Source: Methanobacteriota archaeon (GTDB taxonomy: Archaea; Thermoplasmatota; Thermoplasmata; SG8-5; JAGLSY01). Taken from it: a stretch of 64,000 nucleotides of DNA. This document shows, piece after piece, positions 17,748 through 28,014 of the stretch. Within the stretch, counting starts at the first letter, position 1; each line of letters begins with the position of its first letter. The stretch is taken from the NCBI GenBank assembly GCA_020697715.1, contig JAEHCO010000005.1, forward strand, positions 55,304 through 119,303, read 5' to 3'. A program made the position numbers and the translations under genes. A model generated the notes under the pieces. It saw only the letters and a program-made list of their open reading frames with translations. It was not told the DNA's origin and searched no databases.

Positions 17748-19223
17748 ATGGGCATGTGGAAGAAAAACATAGACGGAGAAGAATATTTTTTGACCAAGAG
17801 CAAGTACATGAATGGCATCCAGTGCCCGAGATTATTGTACAAAGCGGTGAACATGCCGGATGATATCCCACCGCCTGATGAGGCCACCCAGTTCATTTTC
17901 AAACAAGGTAATGAGGTAGGAGAGATCGCCAGACAGAAATTCCCTGGTGGCATCCGTATCCAGATGTTCCCATGGCACACTATCACCAAGAGGACGAAAA
18001 CAGCCATCAACAGCCTGGCCGAGCATGTTTACGAGGCAGGGTTCCTTCATGATGAAGTGGTCGTGCTTGTGGATGTCCTGAGAAAGCTGGACGGCAAGAC
18101 CGTGGACATCATCGAAGTTAAGCAATCCACAAGGCAAAAGGATGAACATATTCCGGATCTGGCAATACAGAAATACGTTGTCGAGGGAAATGGGTTCAAG
18201 GTCAATAAGACATTTTTAATGCATCTGAACCGCGACTATGTACATCCTGGCGATGGAGATGCGGAGCTTCTGGTCATGGAAGATTGCACAGATGAGGTGA
18301 ACGAGCACCTGGCCACTGTGCCGGAAAGACTGGCCGAGATGAGAGAGACTTGCGAATTGAACTCTCCACCCAGATCGGAGATCGGCCCGCATTGCACCAG
18401 TCCGAGAGAATGCGCGCTCATGCCCGAATGCTGGGCACGAGTTCCAAAGCCATCGATCTTCAATATAACTGGCTACAGGAAAAAATGGGAGCTGTACGAG
18501 CAGGGCGTGGTCCTATTGAGCGATGTACCGGATGGCACAAAATTAAGTGTGAGCCAGCAGGCTTTCCTCGACTCGTACAGAATAGGCCAGCCGATAATAG
18601 ACACCCAGGCGATACAGAACGAATTGGGTAAGATGGAGAAGCCAATTCATTTCCTTGATTTTGAGACGATAAACTGGGCGGTCCCCAAGCATGAGGGAAT
18701 GCGATCCTACATGCAGGTGCCCTTCCAGTGGTCACTGCACACACTGGAAGATGGAAAATTAGAGCATAAGGAATTCCTGTGGGATAACCAAGAAGATCCG
18801 CGATTACAATTAACAGAAAAGCTGCTGGATGCCCTCGGAGACAAGGGCTCGATAGTCGTTTACTCGTCCTTCGAAAAGAGCAGGCTGAACGAGCTGGCTG
18901 ATGCGTTCCCCGAGCACCGCGATAGAATTAACGCGGTCATCGACCGATTATGGGATCAGCTGGAGATATTCAGGAACTTCTACACGGATGCGGCGTTCGG
19001 CGGCAGTAATTCGATAAAGAACGTGTTGCCAGTGCTTGTGCCGGAATTGAGCTACAAGGATCTCGAAATTCAGCAAGGTGGCCTGGCGATGGCCACCTTT
19101 GCCAAGTTCATAGAAATGAAAACAGGATCTGAAAAAGAAAAGATCAGAGATGCCCTGCTGAAATATTGCGAAAGGGATACGCTGGCAATGGTTGAGATTC
19201 ATAGAAGGCTGGCGGAGCTTTGA
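17748..19223 (+). CDS. DUF2779-type protein: N-terminal Cas4/AddB-like PD-(D/E)XK nuclease plus C-terminal RNase H-like (DnaQ/YprB) domain
   Basis: LTKSKY...QCPRLLY, VDVL..IIEVKQST, DLAIQKYV, C-x5-C-x5-C (GPHCTSPRECALMPECW), HFLDFET, VPFQWSLH, SNSIKNVLP and YCERDT. Confidence 0.8.
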   Translation: MGMWKKNIDGEEYFLTKSKYMNGIQCPRLLYKAVNMPDDIPPPDEATQFIFKQGNEVGEIARQKFPGGIRIQMFPWHTITKRTKTAINSLAEHVYEAGFLHDEVVVLVDVLRKLDGKTVDIIEVKQSTRQKDEHIPDLAIQKYVVEGNGFKVNKTFLMHLNRDYVHPGDGDAELLVMEDCTDEVNEHLATVPERLAEMRETCELNSPPRSEIGPHCTSPRECALMPECWARVPKPSIFNITGYRKKWELYEQGVVLLSDVPDGTKLSVSQQAFLDSYRIGQPIIDTQAIQNELGKMEKPIHFLDFETINWAVPKHEGMRSYMQVPFQWSLHTLEDGKLEHKEFLWDNQEDPRLQLTEKLLDALGDKGSIVVYSSFEKSRLNELADAFPEHRDRINAVIDRLWDQLEIFRNFYTDAAFGGSNSIKNVLPVLVPELSYKDLEIQQGGLAMATFAKFIEMKTGSEKEKIRDALLKYCERDTLAMVEIHRRLAEL

Positions 19224-19226
19224 GGC

Positions 19227-21299
19227 TCAATTTTCATAAAAGTACTTCAATTCCTCTTCGATATTCCTCATGTTCCTCATTTTCAGATCTTCAGGAAAAT
19301 AATTACTGTACTTCGGATATCCAAATCTCTTGTCCAGCAGGATGATCGCCGCCCGATCTGTTTCGGATCTGATACACCTGCCCATTGACTGGAGAACGCG
19401 GTTGATGGCGGGCGATGTGTAGCCATAAGCTCGCCCGTTCCCCCTGCCGAACTTCCTATCATAATAATCGATAAGCTGGCTCTGCTCCAGAGATGGAGGG
19501 GCAAAGGGGACTCCAACGATCATGACCGAATTTAGAAGGTTATCCTTGTAATCTATTCCTTCGGATAGAGAGCCACCCATAACTCCGAGTAGAAGACCGC
19601 CCCATGTGGACTTCAGATCCACCAGAGTATCCAGCATTCTTCTTTTCTGCGCCTTGTTCGAGGCCTGGGATTCCGCTAATATCTCCTTATCGGTCTCGAT
19701 GCGGAAGCGAATTTCCTTCAGCAGGCCGTAAGATGGGAAGAAGACCGCGACATTGCCAGGTATGATCTTGCAAGCCCTGCCAATGTGCTTCGCGATGCGC
19801 TCGTACATCGCATCCGACCTCTCATTGTAAAGGGTGGTGACATCATCCGCCACATACACTGGCCGATTGGCTGGCGGGAAGGGTGATGGATAGGTTCGAA
19901 GTATCTGGGAACCATTCTCAATTCCCAGGATATCCGCGAACATCTTTGTTGGAAATAAGGTTCCGCTCATTATGATACTTGAATGGAATTCTTTGAATAT
20001 CGGAGCTGAGATAACAGACGGGTCCAGTAGTCGGAAGTAGAGCTTTGACCCATCCTTCTGGCTTGATATCCTGATAAGCCCCTCAAGATCCTGCTTGTAG
20101 CCCTCGAGGAACTCGCTGACTACCGCGGCGGAACTGCTCTGGCCTTTGACCATCCGGATCTCTCCGACCTTCTTCAGCTCCTTTATGAGCGAGTCAAGGT
20201 CCATGGCCTCGAAAAGTGACTGGCCCATGATCCCTTCTATCCTTGACAGGAAGACATCCTTATCGACAACTTCCTCCTTGCCAGGGGGAACCGCATCCAG
20301 GATCTTGCGCAATTCCTTCTTCATCATATTGAGTATGTGCGCCAGTTGTTTATTGGACATCTCGGATATTGCCTCGGAAAGCATGTTCGTTGTCAGGCTT
20401 TGGGTGTAATAATTCCTTATTCGATCTGGCAGATTATGTGCCTCGTCCACTATCACGATGCACTCGTCCAGTGACTTGTCAAATGATTCAAGGATCGTTT
20501 CCCTGATATCCTGGTCGAAGATGTAATTGTAATCACATATGATGACATTGGCACTGGCCGCAGCCTTCAATGCCACTTTATGGGGACAGGAGCGATGACC
20601 AACAGCCACATCCTTCAATTCCTCCACATGAAGGATATTGGAATGTATCTGCCCTATCAGATCCTCATCTTCCGGAGCTTTGAAATAACTGCAAGTGCCG
20701 GTCTTCTGGCTGGTCCTGCAAAGGAGCGTGAAGGCCGCGTGAAATTCCTCAGATATATCCCTGGGGCACATGGCCTGCTTCGAGATTATATCCACAACTT
20801 TTATCTTGGCATTGAAGATGGAATTGATGATCTTCAAGGTGTCCACGGCGATATAATGCTGAGATTGCTTCGATGTGAGAAAGAAGACCACCTTGCCAGT
20901 CTTGAGAGATTCCGTGATAGCCGGCACCAGAGCGGCAGCGGTCTTGCCAATACCAGTGGGTGCATAGGCTAAAAGATGTTTATTCAATTTTATGGCCGTG
21001 CTGGCATCCTTGATGAACTGTGCCTGTCCATCTCTGGCTGTAGGGTGTGGAAAATATGGAATGGTGGGATGTCTGGCATGAGCCTCTGTCATCTTGGGGG
21101 ATGCGGCAAAGGCCGGATTTTTCTTCTTTAACTGATCGAAAGACATTCTCTCCGCAGGTGGTGATGAGCTTTTTGACCTGATCCGGCTATTACCCGAGCT
21201 GTGGCTTTGCTTGCTGCACTTGGGACAAAAGGTCTCCTTTGTCCCTCCCCTTTTTCGTATCTTCATTAAGGTTCCACAACCATCACAGAACATGGACAT
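19227..21299 (-). CDS. xpd: XPD/Rad3/DinG family Fe-S DNA helicase with N-terminal zinc ribbon
   Basis: Q motif ARDGQ, APTGIGKT, four Fe-S Cys, CDYNY, VDEAHNL, MSGTL, FFPSY, SEGIDY and QSMGRCIRS. Confidence 0.9.
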   Translation of the reverse strand: MSMFCDGCGTLMKIRKRGGTKETFCPKCSKQSHSSGNSRIRSKSSSPPAERMSFDQLKKKNPAFAASPKMTEAHARHPTIPYFPHPTARDGQAQFIKDASTAIKLNKHLLAYAPTGIGKTAAALVPAITESLKTGKVVFFLTSKQSQHYIAVDTLKIINSIFNAKIKVVDIISKQAMCPRDISEEFHAAFTLLCRTSQKTGTCSYFKAPEDEDLIGQIHSNILHVEELKDVAVGHRSCPHKVALKAAASANVIICDYNYIFDQDIRETILESFDKSLDECIVIVDEAHNLPDRIRNYYTQSLTTNMLSEAISEMSNKQLAHILNMMKKELRKILDAVPPGKEEVVDKDVFLSRIEGIMGQSLFEAMDLDSLIKELKKVGEIRMVKGQSSSAAVVSEFLEGYKQDLEGLIRISSQKDGSKLYFRLLDPSVISAPIFKEFHSSIIMSGTLFPTKMFADILGIENGSQILRTYPSPFPPANRPVYVADDVTTLYNERSDAMYERIAKHIGRACKIIPGNVAVFFPSYGLLKEIRFRIETDKEILAESQASNKAQKRRMLDTLVDLKSTWGGLLLGVMGGSLSEGIDYKDNLLNSVMIVGVPFAPPSLEQSQLIDYYDRKFGRGNGRAYGYTSPAINRVLQSMGRCIRSETDRAAIILLDKRFGYPKYSNYFPEDLKMRNMRNIEEELKYFYEN

Positions 21300-21466
21300 T
21301 ATGACGGCTGATGAGCTTAGAGTATTAGAGGGCTTTCATGGGGTTAGTGAAAGTATTGATTCAGTATATCCCGATTGGTAATAATAAGTATAGGCAAATA
21401 ATATATATGTAAGATTTATTGCATTGGTTATCCATATATATTCCCAAATTTATTTGAGGAAGAGCC

Positions 21467-24400
21467 ATGAAGCACAATTCACCCATAAAATCGAACGATA
21501 TAGGATCTGCCATAATTCCACAGTCCAAGGGCTTTACCAATGGTAATTCCAGCCATAACCATACGGGATTCACCAATGGAAGCACAAAAGCGCAGAAGGA
21601 CATGACCGTGATCGGTGGGATGACCAATGGCATTAGGAACTCTGGCATGGTGAATGGCAGTGGAATGGTAAATGGTAGTGGACTCGTTAATGGTAACGGT
21701 CTTGTCAATGGAAATGGCATGGTCAACGGCAATGGTTTGGTTAATGGAAGCGGACTCGTTAATGGCAACGGCCTTGTCAACGGCAATGGGCTTGTCAATG
21801 GAAATGGCATGGTGAATGGCAGTGGAATGGTAAATGGAACTGGCATGACCAATGGCCTGGTCGGCACACCAAGGCTCAGTATTAACAATAAGGCCATGGC
21901 TCCGAAAAAGACCTCGTATGTTCTGATAGTGGTCTTCATATTGATGATAACTTCGTCCTTTGCAGTATTGACTGGAACAGACGATGAAGCTATTATCGAG
22001 GGCATCTCGGTCGATGGAATATTCGAGGATTGGACAGAAGAACCACTGACAACGGATACTGGTTCCGTGACCACGCAGTCACTGGACATAGATTCATACG
22101 GTGTATCCACAAATGATGATGGACATTCCTTCATATATGCGAAGGCAAAAGGGAATTGGATGTCATCAGCAGAAGCCCAGAGTCTTCTGGTCTTCATTGA
22201 TTCTGATAATTCCGCGAGTACTGGCTATTCCATAGAAGGAATTGGCGCGGACAATGTATTGGATATCTATGGATGGGATGGAAAGATATCTGGCAAGCAA
22301 TTTGGTGAGTTCATAGGCGCGGACAATAATGATTATTCATGGAGATTCTCAAGTATTCAGGCGAGCGCGGTCAATAATGAACTGGAGGCCAGCATACCGA
22401 AAGTACTGGATGCAAATGCTAAGTTATTGTTCATGACCCGTAGCGGCAACTCTGTAACCGAGATATGCAATGCTCACATCTCCGAGGGAAAGGGATCACT
22501 GATTGTTGAGCAGATACCGAAGGATGTGAATGGCATAGTATCAGCAAATTCAGTATTGGATCTCAAGCTCACAGCATATGGAGAGGATATCACTGTCAAC
22601 AGTATCACATTCAGCAATATTGGTATCACAGCATCTGTAGCCGGATTGCCAGTTACGATCACAGCTGGCCAGACATCGACACTCAGCGCGAGCGGAAGTA
22701 TCACATCCCTCGGTGATGGAACCTTCATAAGCACCAAGGTATCCAGCATTACATCGAATGGAGTTAATTCCATAATCGGAGACGGGGTCAAGGCCTATGT
22801 GAACTCCGGTCCAGATGATATCAACATCGATGGGGCTTTCGCCGACTGGACAGGAATCAGCAGATCATCCGACACACAAGGAGATGTTGATAATCCAGAC
22901 ATCGATACTTTGGAATATGCTGCCACCAACTCCACCAATGATGCTTTCTTCTACCTGAAGATCGATCCAAATGGTATGATGATGGGGGGTAGTCAAGTAC
23001 CTCATGGCAGACATAAGGCCACTTCCACAGGAGGAGGCGAAACCACACCTCCAGGCGAGCCAGGAACTCCATCAACACCAGCACCATTGATAAGGACTGG
23101 TGGAGAAGATATGTCCAGAATATATGTGGATACAAAAGCAGGCGGACAGAAAGTGGGCGGCATCGAAGCCGACTTTTTGATAGAGATCAAGGGGATCGAT
23201 GGAGATATCACCTCGAGTAAATTATATGGCCTACCAGCAAAGAATTTCATTCGTGATGTTCCAGCAGGAAATGGAATAACAGAATTGGAAACTGGCGTAC
23301 CAATTGACGATATAGATTATATTGGCATCATGCAGGTTTATTTCCAATCAACCGACTGGAAGAGCAATATGGACGACACAGACCCTTATACTCTGATTCC
23401 AGCATTGCAGAATATCACGCTGAACAATACAGGTAATGGAACAAGGAGCGGGGGTGAATACGAGACTGACGATTACGGAACAGCCTCGGTCTTTGAATCT
23501 GCATCCACATTATACACCTCCATAGTTTATGACACATCAACTGGCAATATCGTGGTCGCATACCAGGGAGCGAGCAATGATGGAACTGCAGTTGTAGGAA
23601 CCGTGTCTGGAGACGCCATCACATTCGGAACTCCAGCAACCTTCACAACTGGCCTTATATCAGCAACTTGGGTATCCGCAGCATTCGACTCGAACAATAA
23701 CAAGGTGGTGATATCATATCGTGGAGAATTTGGATATGGACATGCGATAGTTCCTTCAATAACTGGCACGACCATATCATTCCCAACAGCGGCAACGGTA
23801 TTCGCTGTGGGAAGCACGATCTATACTGCTACCACCTTCGACCCATCAACCAACAGGATAGTGATATCTTATCAGAATCAAACTGCTGGAGGACAAGGAA
23901 GGGCAAGGGTTGGGGTAGTAAGTGGCACAACCATATCTTTCCCATCACCGGAAGTGGCCTTTGAAACCACAGGAACCACATATATTTCATCCACATTCGA
24001 TTCTACCAATAACAAAGTAGTAACTGTTTATCAGACCGCGGCTGGTGCCAAGGCAAGGGTCGGAACTGTATCGGGCACGACAATCAACTATGGTACTGCA
24101 GTGACTTACACCACAAGCAATACCAACTACATCTCCACAACTTTCGATACCACGAATGGCAAAGTGATCATAGCCTACACGGATGTGACCAATTCCTTCA
24201 ATGGAACAGCAATAGTCGGAACTGTATCGGGTACAGACATCAGTTTCGGAACAGCTGCCGTATATGAAGCTGGCGCAACTCACAGCAATGCCATTACCTA
24301 TAATTCTGTGACTGGACAATTGATGATCGCCTACAGAGAGACCATTTCAAATTACGGAAAAGGTGTATTGGGATCAGTATCCGGCACAGACATCAGTTTC

Positions 24401-24625
24401 GGCTCACCAGTAACATTCAATACCGATACTCCAGCATATATCTCAATTGCATATGATCCTACAAATGAGCGAGGGATCATCACATACCAGGATGGAGGCA
24501 ATTCAAATTACGGAACAGCTGTCACAATGGATGTTCCCGAGTTCCCAACGCCATTACTTCCAATACTAATCATGCTTGGAATGGCATTCATTATTCAGAG
24601 AAAGCGCAGGGAGGTGGTCTTGTGA
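21467..24625 (+). CDS. Large cell-surface protein with N-terminal GxVNGx repeats, internal TM helix, repeat beta-rich domain and C-terminal PEF-CTERM sorting signal
   Basis: Hexapeptide repeats, TM YVLIVVFILMITSSFAVL, IDGxFxDW motifs, many N-x-S/T sequons, and C-terminal VPEF + hydrophobic helix + RKRR. Confidence 0.85.
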   Translation: MKHNSPIKSNDIGSAIIPQSKGFTNGNSSHNHTGFTNGSTKAQKDMTVIGGMTNGIRNSGMVNGSGMVNGSGLVNGNGLVNGNGMVNGNGLVNGSGLVNGNGLVNGNGLVNGNGMVNGSGMVNGTGMTNGLVGTPRLSINNKAMAPKKTSYVLIVVFILMITSSFAVLTGTDDEAIIEGISVDGIFEDWTEEPLTTDTGSVTTQSLDIDSYGVSTNDDGHSFIYAKAKGNWMSSAEAQSLLVFIDSDNSASTGYSIEGIGADNVLDIYGWDGKISGKQFGEFIGADNNDYSWRFSSIQASAVNNELEASIPKVLDANAKLLFMTRSGNSVTEICNAHISEGKGSLIVEQIPKDVNGIVSANSVLDLKLTAYGEDITVNSITFSNIGITASVAGLPVTITAGQTSTLSASGSITSLGDGTFISTKVSSITSNGVNSIIGDGVKAYVNSGPDDINIDGAFADWTGISRSSDTQGDVDNPDIDTLEYAATNSTNDAFFYLKIDPNGMMMGGSQVPHGRHKATSTGGGETTPPGEPGTPSTPAPLIRTGGEDMSRIYVDTKAGGQKVGGIEADFLIEIKGIDGDITSSKLYGLPAKNFIRDVPAGNGITELETGVPIDDIDYIGIMQVYFQSTDWKSNMDDTDPYTLIPALQNITLNNTGNGTRSGGEYETDDYGTASVFESASTLYTSIVYDTSTGNIVVAYQGASNDGTAVVGTVSGDAITFGTPATFTTGLISATWVSAAFDSNNNKVVISYRGEFGYGHAIVPSITGTTISFPTAATVFAVGSTIYTATTFDPSTNRIVISYQNQTAGGQGRARVGVVSGTTISFPSPEVAFETTGTTYISSTFDSTNNKVVTVYQTAAGAKARVGTVSGTTINYGTAVTYTTSNTNYISTTFDTTNGKVIIAYTDVTNSFNGTAIVGTVSGTDISFGTAAVYEAGATHSNAITYNSVTGQLMIAYRETISNYGKGVLGSVSGTDISFGSPVTFNTDTPAYISIAYDPTNERGIITYQDGGNSNYGTAVTMDVPEFPTPLLPILIMLGMAFIIQRKRREVVL
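21644..21856 (+). repeat. Coding 18-bp tandem repeat: 11 x G(M/L)VNG(S/N/T) plus GMTNG
   Basis: Read directly from the sequence. Codons vary synonymously between units. Confidence 0.95.
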
Positions 24626-25743
24626 GCAAGAAGAAAGTGGAAGAAATTGAAGACCTAGCAGAGTGCCCCACCTGTGGAGAACTTATTCCCGAAGATGCTG
24701 GCAAGTGCCCTGAATGTGGCGAAGAGTTCGATGAGGGCTTTGAGGATGAAGAGGTAGAGGCTGTGGAAATAAAAGAAGAGCCAAAAGCAAAACCCAAGAT
24801 GGAAAAGAAGTTCAAAAATGATAAGAATAAAGATAAAGAGGATAAGAAGAAGTTAAAGGAAAATATCCAGAAGGAAAAGGAACTGGATAAGATGCCTGAA
24901 ACTTCTGGTGTCAAGTACACGCTTCTCATCATAGGCATCATGCTTTGCCTTGCCGGAATGTTCGGAGTCGTAGGGCTGAGAACTGGTATCGTGCAATCAC
25001 TGCTTGGAGATGCAAATGCATACCCTGGCATTGGATCTGTAGAGCCAAGTGGGCATATTGTTTCCATAATACCTTTCGTGGGAGGACTTGTCACCATATT
25101 CTTCTGGGGTATCAAGAACGAGCCTCTTTACGTCGAAAAGGGAGAACTGGTGGAAGAGGAGAAGGAAGATAAATTCTCCTTTGAGGATGAAGAGGATGAT
25201 AAAGAAGAGGAAGAAGTTACCGTCCCAGAGCCAGTTAAACCTGTTAAAGAATTGAAAATTGAAAGGCCCAAGCCAGTTGTGCGTAAAAAGCCAGTTCCTG
25301 TAAAAGAAAAGGCAGAGATAGAAGAGATCATGGACGATATTGACGACATCGATGCAGAAATTGAAGATACCGTGGATGATGTCGAAGAGCTCGATGGACT
25401 GGCAGAAAGCCTTGCTGAAGATGAGAGAAGAGAAGCTTGCAGATCGATACTCATGAACGCCATCCTGCTTGATGAGGACAGAAAAGTATTGGCAAAGCAG
25501 ATCTTACTTGGAGTAAAAGAAGATAATTTCAAGATAATGGTCAAAAAAGCCGAGCAAAAGAAAATAAAGAAAGAGGCCGAGCTCAAGAAGCAATATGAGA
25601 AAATGGATGCAGAGGAGATCGGCACTAGCCTTGAGGATGAGCTGGCTGCGGAATTAGCACTGCTGGAAGAAGAGCTCGAGGATGATGAAGAGGACCTTGA
25701 AGAGAAGATCTTGAAGGAAATAGAGGACCTCGAGGATCTGTAG
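24622..25743 (+). CDS. Zinc-ribbon membrane protein with long acidic/coiled-coil C-terminus
   Basis: CPTCG..CPECG zinc ribbon, two TM segments and a D/E-rich tail. GTG start overlaps the upstream stop. Confidence 0.75.
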   Translation: MSKKKVEEIEDLAECPTCGELIPEDAGKCPECGEEFDEGFEDEEVEAVEIKEEPKAKPKMEKKFKNDKNKDKEDKKKLKENIQKEKELDKMPETSGVKYTLLIIGIMLCLAGMFGVVGLRTGIVQSLLGDANAYPGIGSVEPSGHIVSIIPFVGGLVTIFFWGIKNEPLYVEKGELVEEEKEDKFSFEDEEDDKEEEEVTVPEPVKPVKELKIERPKPVVRKKPVPVKEKAEIEEIMDDIDDIDAEIEDTVDDVEELDGLAESLAEDERREACRSILMNAILLDEDRKVLAKQILLGVKEDNFKIMVKKAEQKKIKKEAELKKQYEKMDAEEIGTSLEDELAAELALLEEELEDDEEDLEEKILKEIEDLEDL

Positions 25744-25751
25744 GTGGAACA

Positions 25752-26246
25752 TTGGCTCAGTTGAAATTGAGAAGAAGGCACAGGCTCAGACGCAAGGAGA
25801 TAGTCAAGCTCAGCGGAGAATTGAAGGATATTCTGGAATGTGATACCTTCAATGAAGAGGATAATGTAGAAACTGCCAATGCTGGAGATAATGATCTCAT
25901 CCTGTACAAGGGAGTTCCTTTTGGTATATACATTGATGAAAAGCCCTTTCTTTTGATAAGAGGCATACTGAAATTCATGCCAGATAAAAAATGGATCACT
26001 GTCGATATGGGGGCTGTGAAATTCCTGGCCAATGGGGCGGATGTGATGTCCCCGGGCATTGTGGATGCTGATATGGGAATTGTTCCTGGAGAAGGTGTCT
26101 GGATAAGGGATGAAAGGAACAAGAAGCCACTGGCTGTCGGGATCGCCCAGATGCCAGCGAATGAAATGGTCAATACAAAAAGCGGTAAAGCGGTCAAGAC
26201 CATCCATTATATCGGAGACAAGATCTGGAAACTGAGCGAGGAATAG
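25752..26246 (+). CDS. PUA-domain RNA-binding protein (MCT-1/Tma20-like)
   Basis: VDMGAVKFLANGADVMSPGI and GKAVKTIHYIGDKIW. TTG start with RBS AGGTGG. Confidence 0.9.
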   Translation: MAQLKLRRRHRLRRKEIVKLSGELKDILECDTFNEEDNVETANAGDNDLILYKGVPFGIYIDEKPFLLIRGILKFMPDKKWITVDMGAVKFLANGADVMSPGIVDADMGIVPGEGVWIRDERNKKPLAVGIAQMPANEMVNTKSGKAVKTIHYIGDKIWKLSEE

Positions 26247-26325
26247 GCTCGCTCATGCTCATTTATACTTAATCTATATATATTAAAAGGCTATGTAGCG
26301 GTCTACTCTGTCACAGGTAATGTGG

Positions 26326-26396
26326 ATTGAATGAGCGAACTGGGTTCGCGCATGCAGAACTTCGAAAGAGGTTCGAAATGGAGAGATTCAATATGG
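26326..26396. repeat. REP-like element related to the glnA leader, overlapping the rps6e start
   Basis: ATTGAATGAGCGAACTGGGTTCGCGCAT...GAGAGATTCAATATGG aligns with 14047-14109; the terminal 16-mer is identical. Confidence 0.65.
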
Positions 26397-26788
26397 TTGA
26401 ATTCAAAGCAAATATATCTGACCAGAAATCAGGAAAGTCCTATCAAAGGGAAATAAGCGGCCATCAGGCCAGTGCACTTCTAGGTAAGAAGATAGGAGAT
26501 ACAGTAGATGGTATCTTCATGGAAATGCCTGGATACAAGCTGGAGATAACTGGTGGTAGCGATAAAGATGGTTTTAGCATGAGGAAGGACCTTCCAGGGC
26601 CACGCAGAAAGAAACTTCTTGTATCAAAGGGTATTGGCTTCAACCCCAATAAGGACGGCGAGAGGAGAAGGAAGAACTACAGAGGAGATACAATATCTCC
26701 AGACATAGTTCAGCTTAATCTGAAGATCGCCAGAATGGGGCCAAAGAAAGTGGAAGATCTTCTTGGCTCCCCAGAGGAGACAAAATGA
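26393..26788 (+). CDS. rps6e: 30S ribosomal protein S6e
   Basis: [23 protein letters not shown] and IVQLNLKI. Conserved position before eIF2gamma. Confidence 0.95.
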   Translation: MVEFKANISDQKSGKSYQREISGHQASALLGKKIGDTVDGIFMEMPGYKLEITGGSDKDGFSMRKDLPGPRRKKLLVSKGIGFNPNKDGERRRKNYRGDTISPDIVQLNLKIARMGPKKVEDLLGSPEETK

Positions 26789-28014
26789 AGGGTAAAAAAC
26801 AGCCCGAAGTGAATATAGGCATGATCGGCCATGTGGATCATGGTAAGACAACCCTAACAAAAGCTCTGACTGGCGATTGGACAGACAGACATTCTGAAGA
26901 GATCAAGCGTGGAATTTCTATTAAGCTGGGATATGCAGATGCCACTATCTACAAATGTCCAGATTGCTCAGAAGGCGAGAATTATTCAGTAAAGAAGAAA
27001 TGCTCCTGTGGTAAAGCTGCAGAGGAGCAAAGATCCATATCTTTTGTAGATGCACCAGGGCACGAGACCCTGATGGCCACCATGCTCTCAGGAGCGGCCA
27101 TCATGAATGGTGCTCTTTTACTCATTGCGGCCAATGAAACATGCCCACAGCCACAGACCAAGGAACACCTGATGGCATTGACCATATCAGGTGTTGAGAA
27201 TATCATCATAGTTCAGAACAAGATAGACCTGGTAAGCGAAGAAGAGGCGATGAAGAACTTTGAAGAGATCAAGGCATTTGTTAAAGGTTCCATTGCAGAA
27301 AATGCACCAGTCATACCGATATGCGCCCACAATGAGGTGAATGTCGGATATCTGATAGATGCTATCCAGGATCATATCCCATCTCCCGAATTGCAGGAAG
27401 ACTTGCCAGCCAGGATGTTCGTGGCAAGATCATTTGACGTTAATAATCCCGGAGGCGGGCCAGATGACCTCATTGGTGGTGTCATTGGCGGTACTCTTAT
27501 CCAGGGTGTCTTCAAGAAGGGACAGGATATAGAGATCTCACCGGGTGTGAAGATAGAGATAAAGGGACAAACAGAATGGACCAAGATACATACCAAGATA
27601 ACTTCCCTATATGCGGGCAATAAGCTCCATAAAGAAGTGAAGCAGGGTGGCCTCATCGCGGTCGGGACATTGCTCGACCCTAATATCACAAAATCAGATA
27701 CATTGATCGGCAGGGTGGTAGGAACCCCTGGCACATTACCAGATGTTCTTCATTCATTTTCAATGAACATCAACCTTCTGGAAAGAGTCGTAGGATCCGA
27801 GAAAGAGCTGGAGGTGGACAGCCTGAAGACCAATGAGCCACTTATGCTCAATGTCGGCACCAGCACCACAGTGGGGATGGTATCCAGCGCCAGAAAGGAC
27901 GTTGCAGATGTCAAGCTAAAGATCCCTGTCTGTGCGGAGAAAGGCCAGAGAGTGGCCATCAGCAGGCGTATTTCCGGCAAGTGGCGGTTGATCGGGTACG
28001 GTATCATAAGATGA
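26785..28014 (+). CDS. eif2g: Translation initiation factor 2 subunit gamma (aIF2g)
   Basis: [18 protein letters not shown], zinc knuckle, DAPGHE, QNKID and WRLIGYG. Confidence 0.97.
   Translation: MKGKKQPEVNIGMIGHVDHGKTTLTKALTGDWTDRHSEEIKRGISIKLGYADATIYKCPDCSEGENYSVKKKCSCGKAAEEQRSISFVDAPGHETLMATMLSGAAIMNGALLLIAANETCPQPQTKEHLMALTISGVENIIIVQNKIDLVSEEEAMKNFEEIKAFVKGSIAENAPVIPICAHNEVNVGYLIDAIQDHIPSPELQEDLPARMFVARSFDVNNPGGGPDDLIGGVIGGTLIQGVFKKGQDIEISPGVKIEIKGQTEWTKIHTKITSLYAGNKLHKEVKQGGLIAVGTLLDPNITKSDTLIGRVVGTPGTLPDVLHSFSMNINLLERVVGSEKELEVDSLKTNEPLMLNVGTSTTVGMVSSARKDVADVKLKIPVCAEKGQRVAISRRISGKWRLIGYGIIR

Noticed and set aside
17748-19223. Bona fide CRISPR-associated cas4
   Set aside because: It is fused to an RNase H-like domain, with no cas1/cas2 or array nearby; DUF2779-type is a better fit.
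21361-22197. 278-aa minus-strand ORF with PLPLT repeats
   Set aside because: It is the antisense shadow of the GxVNGx repeat gene.
25128-26207. 359-aa minus-strand Ser-rich ORF
   Set aside because: It is the antisense shadow of Glu/Asp-rich coding sequence and the PUA gene.
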